Shown piece by piece: positions 1-7,002 of a stretch of DNA of 17,074 nt. Under the pieces are notes generated by a model. That model was not told the DNA's origin and did not search any database. It was given only the letters and a program-made list of their open reading frames with translations. The DNA is from an uncultured bacterium. Its GTDB lineage: Bacteria; Gemmatimonadota; Gemmatimonadetes; Gemmatimonadales; Gemmatimonadaceae. The stretch spans positions 1-17,074 of the forward strand of contig CAXBQP010000058.1 of NCBI GenBank assembly GCA_963978095.1. The letters run 5' to 3'. The position numbers and the translations under genes are program-made. Numbering within the stretch: position 1 is the stretch's first letter; every line of letters starts with the position of its first letter.

Positions 1-73
1 TTTTTTTCAAGCAGAAGACGGCATACGAGATAAGGCCACGTGACTGGAGTTCAGACGTGTGCTCTTCCGATCT
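1..73 (+). other. Illumina P7/TruSeq indexed adapter contamination (sequencing artefact)
   Basis: 8-31 CAAGCAGAAGACGGCATACGAGAT (P7), 32-39 index AAGGCCAC, 40-73 GTGACTGGAGTTCAGACGTGTGCTCTTCCGATCT (TruSeq read 2 primer site), preceded by T7. Confidence 0.99.
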
Positions 74-75
74 GA

Positions 76-765
76 TCAGCCGCCGACGCTAGTCCCCTCG
101 CGCGGCTGATCCTGTCCGGGGCGCCCACCGCGCCCACCTCCTCGGCCACCGGACGGCGGAATCGCTGGAATGGCCTTGAGGAACTCCTCTTCCTGCTTGT
201 CGATCAGCTCGGCGGCGGTCTTCTTCTGCTTGTCGTCGGTCAGGAAATCGAGGGTCGCTCGGACGTCCTCGTGGCGCCAAGCCATGAGCGTGTCCAACCG
301 GGTGTTGAGCAATCGTTGCTGCACCGACGCCGCGCGTCGCAGGGAATCGGTCCACGCCGAGGGCGTTTCACGGGGGTCGTACTTGGGCGGTTTGTAATCG
401 GCGCGCACAGAATCGTAGCGCGCCAGCAGCGCGCCCGTGCGCTCGAAGAACTTGCTGCGCATGGCGGTGAGCGCGGTGACTTGAGAGTCCGTCAGCGACA
501 ACTTTCGCTTCTTGTCGATCAACAACTCGGCGGGATTGAAATGCTGGAGGTCCTTGGCCGGCGGGTAAACGATCTCCTTGGGCTCGCGCGAGAAGCCCCC
601 GTCGCGGTTGCCGCCGCGCCGGCCGCCGCCCATGCCGCCCATGCCGCCCATGCCACCCATCCCGCCCATTCCCCCCATGCCGCCAATGCCACCGCGCTGG
701 GCGCTGGCCAACTGGGGAACGACCGCCAACGCGAGCGCCAACGCCAGCCGGGATTGCTTCCGCAC
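76..765 (-). CDS. Exported hypothetical protein with Gly-Gly-Met repeats and an LTxxQ (Spy/CpxP-like) helical region, 229 aa
   Basis: Lies within ORF 76..981. Likely start is GTG at 765, with GAGG 7 nt upstream, giving signal peptide MRKQSRLALALALAVVPQLASA|Q. Followed by (GGM)n, LSLTDSQVTAL and a Gly/Arg-rich C-tail. The family assignment is tentative. Confidence 0.75.
   Translation of the reverse strand: MRKQSRLALALALAVVPQLASAQRGGIGGMGGMGGMGGMGGMGGMGGGRRGGNRDGGFSREPKEIVYPPAKDLQHFNPAELLIDKKRKLSLTDSQVTALTAMRSKFFERTGALLARYDSVRADYKPPKYDPRETPSAWTDSLRRAASVQQRLLNTRLDTLMAWRHEDVRATLDFLTDDKQKKTAAELIDKQEEEFLKAIPAIPPSGGRGGGRGGRPGQDQPREGTSVGG
631..693 (-). repeat. In-frame 9-bp tandem repeat encoding GGI(GGM)6
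   Basis: Seven units of the type CATGCCGCC on the + strand, with synonymous variation at third codon positions. Confidence 0.9.
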
Positions 766-848
766 GATGCGACCTCGTTCAAGGTGATTCGGGGTGATAC
801 GCATGGAACCCGCGCCGCGTCGCGCGGTTCCACGATGGCGCGTGGCGA

Positions 849-974
849 TCAGCGGAAGAGTGCCGCCGATTTGATGACCACCTGTGACACGCCCCAGCAG
901 GCGGGAATCAGGACCACCAGCCACGCGAGCGCCAGCGCCACGGGATTGCGCTTGGGTGTCGTGTCCACGGTCAT
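849..974 (-). CDS. Small membrane protein, 41 aa, putative MFS transporter small subunit
   Basis: Manual translation MTVDTTPKRNPVALALAWLVVLIPACWGVSQVVIKSAALFR*. Its ATG overlaps the MFS stop codon (ATGA) and GGGGGA lies upstream. One hydrophobic segment with a W-x5-P-xx-WG pattern. Too short for the ORF track. Confidence 0.85.
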   Translation of the reverse strand: MTVDTTPKRNPVALALAWLVVLIPACWGVSQVVIKSAALFR

Positions 975-2332
975 GCCGCATCCCCCAGCTGAAAGCGGTA
1001 CTTCGGGTCCACCGCGCTTACCATCCAGTTCGCCGCGAATCCGACCACGAGCAGCCCGGCCATCAGATACATGGTGATCGAGTAAGCCTCCGCCTTGGCC
1101 ACGCCGTGGGCGAGTTGATATTCACGGAGGTAGTTCACGAGCACGGGGCCGGCGACGCCGGCGACGCTCCATGCCGTGAGCAATCGCCCGTGGATGGCGC
1201 CCACGTGCATCGTGCCGAACAGGTCGCGCAGGTACGCGGGAATCGTGGCAAATCCACCGCCGTACATGGTCATGATCAGCACATAGAAGGTCACGAAGAG
1301 CACGACATTCCCCGCGCGCCCGGTGAAGGGAACGCCGGCGTAGAGCGCCGCCCCCGCCGCGAAGAAAATCATGTAGGTGCGTTGCCGCCCGATGACATCG
1401 CTCAGCGAAGACCAGAGGAAGCGCCCCGTCATGTTGGCGAGACTGAGCAGGCCGACGAAGCCGGCGGCAGCAGCCGGTCCGATCACGCCGGGGAACATCT
1501 CCTGGATCATCGGCGAGGCTTGGCCGAGCACGCCGATCCCGGCGGTGACGTTCAGGCAGAGCACCACCCACAGCAGCCAGAAGGGGCGCGTCCGAATGGC
1601 GGTGTTCACGTGCACGTCAGGCGCCGGCGCGAGAGCCGTACGGCGCGCGGCAGCGTCACGCGGCTGCGCGGGGGTCCATCCGGGTGCGGGGAGCCGCACG
1701 GTGAACACGCCGAACATCATGAACAGGAAATAGAGGGCGCCCATCGCGAGGAAGGCGGAGGCGACTCCGGCGTCGGTGGCGCTCTTGAAGTGGTCCATGA
1801 GCGCGACCGCGAGTGGCGAGCCGATCATGGCCCCGCCACCGAATCCCATGATGGCGAGTCCGGTGGCCATGCCGGGGTGATCGGGGAACCACTTGATCAG
1901 CGTGCTCACCGGCGAGATGTAGCCGAGTCCAAGGCCGATCCCGCCGATCACGCCATAGCCGAGGATCACCAGCCAGAACGCATGTGTCCGCACGCCCAAG
2001 GCGGCGACGAAGAATCCGCCGGCGAAACAGCACGCCGAGGCGAACATCGCTTTGCGAGGACCGGCGGCTTCGAGCCAGCGGCCGAAGGTGAAGGCCGAGA
2101 TGCCAAGGAAGGCGATCGCCACCGAGAAGATCCAGCCGATGGTCGAGAGCTTCCAGTCGTCCGGGGCGCTGGTGGTGATGCCGCGCAGCGTCGAGAGCGG
2201 CAGGTTGAACACGCTGAATGCGTACGCCTGCCCGATGGAGAGGTGGATCGCGAGTGCGGCGGGCGGCACGCGCCAGCGGTCGTAGTCGGCGGGCGCCACC
2301 GAGCGCGAGCGATCCAGGAATTCGAGGGCCAT
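971..2332 (-). CDS. OFA-family (oxalate:formate antiporter / YhjX-like) MFS transporter
   Basis: About 12 hydrophobic segments; motifs IGQAYAFSVF, GLGLGYISPVSTLIKWFPD..GMATGLAIMGFGGGA and YGGGFATIPAYLRDLFG. Start taken at MALEFLDRS (2332); the ORF extends to 2356. Confidence 0.92.
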   Translation of the reverse strand: MALEFLDRSRSVAPADYDRWRVPPAALAIHLSIGQAYAFSVFNLPLSTLRGITTSAPDDWKLSTIGWIFSVAIAFLGISAFTFGRWLEAAGPRKAMFASACCFAGGFFVAALGVRTHAFWLVILGYGVIGGIGLGLGYISPVSTLIKWFPDHPGMATGLAIMGFGGGAMIGSPLAVALMDHFKSATDAGVASAFLAMGALYFLFMMFGVFTVRLPAPGWTPAQPRDAAARRTALAPAPDVHVNTAIRTRPFWLLWVVLCLNVTAGIGVLGQASPMIQEMFPGVIGPAAAAGFVGLLSLANMTGRFLWSSLSDVIGRQRTYMIFFAAGAALYAGVPFTGRAGNVVLFVTFYVLIMTMYGGGFATIPAYLRDLFGTMHVGAIHGRLLTAWSVAGVAGPVLVNYLREYQLAHGVAKAEAYSITMYLMAGLLVVGFAANWMVSAVDPKYRFQLGDAA

Positions 2333-2404
2333 GGCAGGAATATGCGCGTGTCGCATGACGGGCGTCCACTGGCGCAGGGCGCGCGCGCGCCATAACTATT
2401 CGGA

Positions 2405-2507
2405 GACAGCCGCCAGGGGTACTCCGCAGACGCGTGGCGCAGGCGGGGTTGAGAGAATCTCTTGGAACCTGATCCGGTTCATACCGGCGTAGGGAGTGCG
2501 GCGTGTC
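2405..2507 (+). promoter_or_regulatory. TPP (thiamine pyrophosphate) riboswitch aptamer
   Basis: THI-box elements: AGGGGT...TGAGAG...GAACCTGATCCGGTTCATACCGGCGTAGGGA. P1 GCCGC (2409-2413) pairs with GCGGC (2498-2502); P3 CTCCGC/GCGGGG; P5 CCGG/CCGG. Sits upstream of a TonB-dependent receptor. Confidence 0.93.
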
Positions 2508-2523
2508 GCGTGCCGTTCTCGTC

Positions 2524-2561
2524 ACGCGCCACCCGCTCGTCTGGGTGGCGCGTTTCCTGTT
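2524..2561 (+). terminator. Hairpin in the riboswitch expression platform, possible attenuator
   Basis: Perfect 11-bp stem ACGCGCCACCC / GGGTGGCGCGT with an 8-nt loop, followed by an imperfect U tract TTCCTGTT. Confidence 0.55.
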
Positions 2562-2628
2562 CCAGGAACCGCGTCGCCCGGGCGAGCGCACTCCGGATCG
2601 TCACTTCTTTTTTCGGAGCGACCCGGCA

Positions 2629-4731
2629 ATGCCCAGTTTTCTGCAGACGCGCGTACTCGCACCAGTGCTCTTCACGCTCGCCGCGGCATCGTGCGCGCGT
2701 GCGGCCTTCGGCGCGGGCCTCGGCGCGCAGCAGCCTACCGCCAAGCCCCCGACGGCTTCCGACAGCGCCACCGCGCGCCGCGACACGCTGGAAGCCGTGG
2801 CGATCCGCGCGGTCCGCGCCGCGTCCCCCGCGCCGGCCGCGCAGCATACCCTGTCGCGTGCGGAGATCCGACTCCGCTACGCCGGGCAGGACGCACCGCT
2901 CTTCCTGGCCACGGCCCCGAGCGTCACCGCGTATTCCGAGTCCGGGAGCTTCTCCGGCTACAGCTATATCCGACTGCGCGGCATCGACCAGACGCGTCTG
3001 AACATCACCCTCGATGGAGTTCCGCTGAACGATCCGGAAGACCAGGTGCTGTATTTCTCCAACGTCGCCGGACTTCTGCAGAGCGTGCAGTCGGTGCAGA
3101 TCTCCCGGGGGGTCGGCGCGAGCAGCTTCGGGACGGCGTCGTACGCCGGTTCGCTGAACGTCCAGTCGCTCTCGCTCGCCACGGCACCGCGGGGTGGCGA
3201 CGTGCAGCTCGTCGGTGGTTCCTACAACACGCAGGGCATCACGGCGCAGTACGCGACCGGGATCACGCCGGGCGGATTCGCGGCCTACGGGCGCGTGACC
3301 GCGCAGCGCACCGATGGGTATCGCCACCACTCGGGCAATGAGGCCAAGTCCACGTATCTGAGCGCCGGTTGGTTCGGCGACCGCGACGCCCTCAAGTTCT
3401 CCGGCTTCGCTGGGCTCTCCGGGACGCACATGGCCTACTACGCCTCGCCGGAGTCGGTCCTGCGGTCCGATCCGCAGGACAACCCGCTGAGCACGGCGGA
3501 GGGCGATCTCTTTCATCAGGAGATGGCGAGTCTCCAGTGGACACACGCCTTCACCGACGGCATTCGCACGACCCTCACGACGTACCGCAACTCGGCGGCG
3601 GGGGCGTACGACGTGAACTTCGGGTCCGGCCCCTACGCCAACTACGCGCTCGCGCACGTGTGGCTCGGCGCCATCGGCACCCTTCAGGTCGCGCGCGACG
3701 CGTGGACGCTGGACGCCGGTTTCCATGTCAGCGACTACCATCGGGAGCATGCACTCGCGATGCGCCCGACGCTGACGAGCCGTCTGTATGACAACGCCGG
3801 TTACAAGCAGGAGCAGAGTGCGTTCGGGAAAGTCGGCTACACCACCGGCGACTGGCGCTTTGCCGCCGACGTGCAGCTGCGGCGCGCCGCCTTCCAGTAT
3901 CATCCGTCGGTGGGCGCCGGGATCTCCCCGTTCGGGACCGACTGGACGTTCCTCAACCCCAAGCTGTCGGTCGCCTATACGGTGCGCCCCGGGGTCGAGC
4001 TGTTCGGGAGCTGGGGCCGGACGGGACGTGAACCCGCGCGCGCTGATCTCTTTGCCGGAGCGGACGACATCGATGTCACCACGGTCGGGTCCGTGCTGCC
4101 GCTCACGCGCGTGCAACCCGAGGATCTCGACGACTTCGAGGGCGGGATCCGCTGGCGCACCGCCCGGGCCACACTCACCGCGAATCTGTTCGACATGGAG
4201 TTCCGCAACGAAGTGCTCGCGATCGGCACCATCAGTCTCACGGGGAATCCGCTTCGCAAGAATGTCGATCGCAGCTACCGTCGGGGCGTCGAGTTGGATG
4301 GCGCGTGGCAGCTCTCGGACCAGTGGTCCACCACGGCCAACCTGACCGTCATGACGGCTCGGATCGCGAGCTACCGGGACGATGCCGCCGCCAAGACGTA
4401 CGTGAATGTCGCGCCAATCGCGACGCCGCCGGTGCTCTTCAACCATCGCCTGCAGTATCGGGCGTCGAGCAGCATGTCGTGGGACGTGGGGACGCGCTTC
4501 CAGGATCGTGGCCAGCTCGCGAATGATGGCAACGCCGCCATGGTCACGCCGGCGTTCTGGATGTTCGACACCGGCGTCAGCTGGCGCGTCGGCGCTGTCG
4601 ACTGGCGTGGCGACATCCAGAACCTCGGCGACATCCGTGCCTACGGCAGCGGCTACGAGGAAAATGGCGGGCGCTCGTTCTTTCCGCTCGCGGGGCGTAG
4701 CTTTCTGGTGACCGCGCGCATCGCCTTCTGA
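2629..4731 (+). CDS. TonB-dependent receptor, probable thiamine uptake (Omr1-like)
   Basis: ATG at 2629 with GGAG at 2615-2618; signal peptide; TonB-box-like DTLEAVAIRA; plug motifs GYSYIRLRG and TRLNITLDGVPLNDPED; C-terminal Phe (ARIAF). Substrate inferred from the TPP riboswitch. Confidence 0.9.
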   Translation: MPSFLQTRVLAPVLFTLAAASCARAAFGAGLGAQQPTAKPPTASDSATARRDTLEAVAIRAVRAASPAPAAQHTLSRAEIRLRYAGQDAPLFLATAPSVTAYSESGSFSGYSYIRLRGIDQTRLNITLDGVPLNDPEDQVLYFSNVAGLLQSVQSVQISRGVGASSFGTASYAGSLNVQSLSLATAPRGGDVQLVGGSYNTQGITAQYATGITPGGFAAYGRVTAQRTDGYRHHSGNEAKSTYLSAGWFGDRDALKFSGFAGLSGTHMAYYASPESVLRSDPQDNPLSTAEGDLFHQEMASLQWTHAFTDGIRTTLTTYRNSAAGAYDVNFGSGPYANYALAHVWLGAIGTLQVARDAWTLDAGFHVSDYHREHALAMRPTLTSRLYDNAGYKQEQSAFGKVGYTTGDWRFAADVQLRRAAFQYHPSVGAGISPFGTDWTFLNPKLSVAYTVRPGVELFGSWGRTGREPARADLFAGADDIDVTTVGSVLPLTRVQPEDLDDFEGGIRWRTARATLTANLFDMEFRNEVLAIGTISLTGNPLRKNVDRSYRRGVELDGAWQLSDQWSTTANLTVMTARIASYRDDAAAKTYVNVAPIATPPVLFNHRLQYRASSSMSWDVGTRFQDRGQLANDGNAAMVTPAFWMFDTGVSWRVGAVDWRGDIQNLGDIRAYGSGYEENGGRSFFPLAGRSFLVTARIAF

Positions 4732-4786
4732 CGGCCAGCTCCGGCTCCGCGCGCGGCGAACCCTTTCTCCCTCGCGGATTGCCATC

Positions 4787-6157
4787 ATGCGCGCTCGAGT
4801 TGCCCTTGTCCTGACCTCCGCGCTGCTCCCGGTCGCCCTCGTGGCGCAGGGGCAGCCGGATGTCACCGCTGCCTACTCCTCGACCGCCGACCGGATCATC
4901 ACGGCGGCGGTTGCCGACAAGGGCGCCGCCTGGAACACGCTGGCACGCTTCACCGACTATACGGGGAATCGCCTCTCCGGGTCGGCGGCTCTGGAGCGCG
5001 GCATCGACTGGCTCGTGGCCGAAATGAAGAAGGACGGCCTCGACAACGTGCACACCGAGCCGGCACTCGTGCCCCACTGGGTGCGTGGCAAGGAGTCGGC
5101 GACGCTCCTGCAGCCCCGGGTCGCGAATCTGCCGATGTTGGGACTGGGCGGGTCGGTCGCCACCCCCAAAGGGGGGATCACGGCGCCGGTGATGGTCGTG
5201 GGGAGCTTCGAGGAGCTCACCGCCCGCGCGACGGAAGCGAAGGGGAAGATCGTGCTGTTCGACGTCCCCTTCACCAACTACGGCGCCACGGTGGCGTACC
5301 GGAGCGGCGGCGCATCGGCGGCGGCGAAGGTCGGCGCCCTGGCCGCGTTGGTCCGCTCGGTCACCCCGTATTCCATGCGGACCCCGCACACCGGCGCCAT
5401 GAACTACGACACCACCGTCGCCAAGATTCCGACGGCGGCGATCACCGTGGAAGACGCGATGATGATCCATCGCATGGTCTCGCGTGGCGAGCCCGTGGTG
5501 GTGAAGCTCGAGATGGAGGCGCAAACGCTTCCCGATGTGATGTCGCGCAACGTGATGGCCGAGATTCGCGGGTCGGAGAAGCCGGACGAGATCATCGCGT
5601 TCGGCGGTCACATCGATTCGTGGGATGTGGGTCAGGGGGCTATGGACGACGGCGGCGGCGTGATCGTCGCGTGGGAGGCGCTCAAGCTCATGAAGAAGCT
5701 CGGGCTCACGCCGAAGCGCACGATCCGGGTGGTCGGGTGGACCAACGAGGAGAATGGGAGCCGCGGCGGTCGTGCCTACGCGGAAGCGCACAAGAGCGAC
5801 GCGGCCAACCACGTGCTCATGATCGAGAGCGACGGCGGCGTGTTCCAGCCCACGCAACTCGGCTTCACCGGCTCCGAGTCCGGGCGCGCCATCATGCGGC
5901 AGATCGCGACACTCGTGAAGCGCGTGGGCCCCGTGGAGATCGGGGCGTCCGGCGGTGGTGCCGACATCGGCCCGATGATGCAGCTCGGCGTCCCCGGTGT
6001 GGGATTCGAGGTCGACGGGTCGCGCTACTTCTGGTTCCACCACACCGACGCCGACACCGTGGACAAGCTCGATCCGGCGGAGATGCAGCGCTGCGTGGCG
6101 ATCATGGCGGTGCTGTCGTACATCGCGGCGGACCTGCCGACCAAAATCGGTCGCTGA
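4787..6157 (+). CDS. Exported M28-family metallopeptidase (carboxypeptidase Q-like, with PA domain)
   Basis: Signal peptide; Zn-ligand motifs GGHIDSWD, GAMDDGGG, NEENG, ESDGG and HHTDADT; PA insert KGKIVLF. Confidence 0.93.
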   Translation: MRARVALVLTSALLPVALVAQGQPDVTAAYSSTADRIITAAVADKGAAWNTLARFTDYTGNRLSGSAALERGIDWLVAEMKKDGLDNVHTEPALVPHWVRGKESATLLQPRVANLPMLGLGGSVATPKGGITAPVMVVGSFEELTARATEAKGKIVLFDVPFTNYGATVAYRSGGASAAAKVGALAALVRSVTPYSMRTPHTGAMNYDTTVAKIPTAAITVEDAMMIHRMVSRGEPVVVKLEMEAQTLPDVMSRNVMAEIRGSEKPDEIIAFGGHIDSWDVGQGAMDDGGGVIVAWEALKLMKKLGLTPKRTIRVVGWTNEENGSRGGRAYAEAHKSDAANHVLMIESDGGVFQPTQLGFTGSESGRAIMRQIATLVKRVGPVEIGASGGGADIGPMMQLGVPGVGFEVDGSRYFWFHHTDADTVDKLDPAEMQRCVAIMAVLSYIAADLPTKIGR

Positions 6158-6165
6158 CGCGACTG

Positions 6166-6669
6166 ATGGCCACGCCGCGCTCGCTCCAGCAGGAGATCGC
6201 GCAGTCGTCGCCCTTCCGCAGTTTGGCGGAGGAATCGACGCTCGGGATCGTCCGCACCGCGACGCTGATCCGCCGCGCCGTGGCCCGTGCGGTGAAAGGG
6301 TCCGGCGTGACGCTCGCGCAATACAACGTGTTGCGCATCCTGCGCGGCGCGGGGGCCCGGGGGTTGGCAACGCTCAGCATTCGTGATCGCATGGTGGACG
6401 AAGCCCCGGGGATCACGCGGCTGATCGACCGGCTCGAAGCGTCCGGGTTGGTGCGCCGCGAGCGCTCGGTGCCGGATCGCCGTCAGGTCACGTGCGTCAT
6501 CACCGCGCATGGCCTCGACGTGCTACGCACGCTCGATGCGTTGGTCGAGGGCAGTCGTGCGTCCTGGACGGGCGGCGACGAGCTCACCCGTGAGGAACAG
6601 GAGCAACTCGTGCGACTCCTCGAGCGCGTCCGCGCTCGCCTCGACGAGGCGCTCCGTCAGGAGCGCTGA
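6166..6669 (+). CDS. MarR-family transcriptional regulator, 167 aa
   Basis: C-terminal part of ORF 5620..6669, with ATG 8 nt after the peptidase stop. GVTLAQYNVLRIL...ITRLIDRLEASGLVRRERSVPDRRQVTCVITAHG is a typical MarR winged helix. Confidence 0.92.
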   Translation: MATPRSLQQEIAQSSPFRSLAEESTLGIVRTATLIRRAVARAVKGSGVTLAQYNVLRILRGAGARGLATLSIRDRMVDEAPGITRLIDRLEASGLVRRERSVPDRRQVTCVITAHGLDVLRTLDALVEGSRASWTGGDELTREEQEQLVRLLERVRARLDEALRQER

Positions 6670-7001
6670 CCCGCGCGCAGCGCCGCCTCGGCCACGACGG
6701 AGGCGGTGCCGGCCAGCAGCGCGGGGAAGAGCAACGTCATCGCCACGATCCCGACGCTCCCTACCGGGATGATGCCGCCGAGGACCTCCGCCACGCGCTC
6801 CACGGGCCCCCGCAGCGCCATCACCCCGAGGAGCAGGGCCCAGCTCAGCGCGGCGCTCGTGGCGACCGACAGATGATGCGCGCGCCCCCCTTGGGCGAGG
6901 AGCGCCCATCCCGTCGCAACCACCGGGACGGCCCACCACCCGGCGCTCAGGGTGCCCGCCGCCATCATGGCGGTGAGGATGACGAATCGCGTGGGGCGCA
7001 T
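6657..7001 (-). CDS. Small hydrophobic membrane protein, 114 aa, function unknown
   Basis: Three to four hydrophobic segments; GGAGG RBS inside the 3' end of the upstream acylase gene; start 1 nt after the acylase stop. Confidence 0.75.
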   Translation of the reverse strand: MRPTRFVILTAMMAAGTLSAGWWAVPVVATGWALLAQGGRAHHLSVATSAALSWALLLGVMALRGPVERVAEVLGGIIPVGSVGIVAMTLLFPALLAGTASVVAEAALRAGQRS

Positions 7002-7002
7002 C

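Noticed and set aside
631..693. Tandem repeat as a CRISPR array or phase-variable tract
   Set aside because: No spacers; the 9-bp unit is in frame and degenerate at synonymous positions, so it is a coding repeat.
766..981. 72-aa N-terminal extension of ORF 76..981
   Set aside because: The signal peptide and RBS point to GTG 765, and the extension overlaps the better-supported 41-aa ORF in another frame.
2503..2628. N-terminal extension of the TonB receptor ORF
   Set aside because: Overlaps the riboswitch expression platform; ATG 2629 has an RBS and begins the signal peptide.
5620..6165. Apparent 349-aa fusion of an unknown domain to MarR
   Set aside because: The upstream part is an alternative frame inside the M28 gene; the plausible start is ATG 6166.
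884..6370. Long opposite-strand ORFs 884..2395, 2479..4866 and 4577..6370
   Set aside because: Each overlaps a well-supported gene on the other strand and lacks protein-family motifs.
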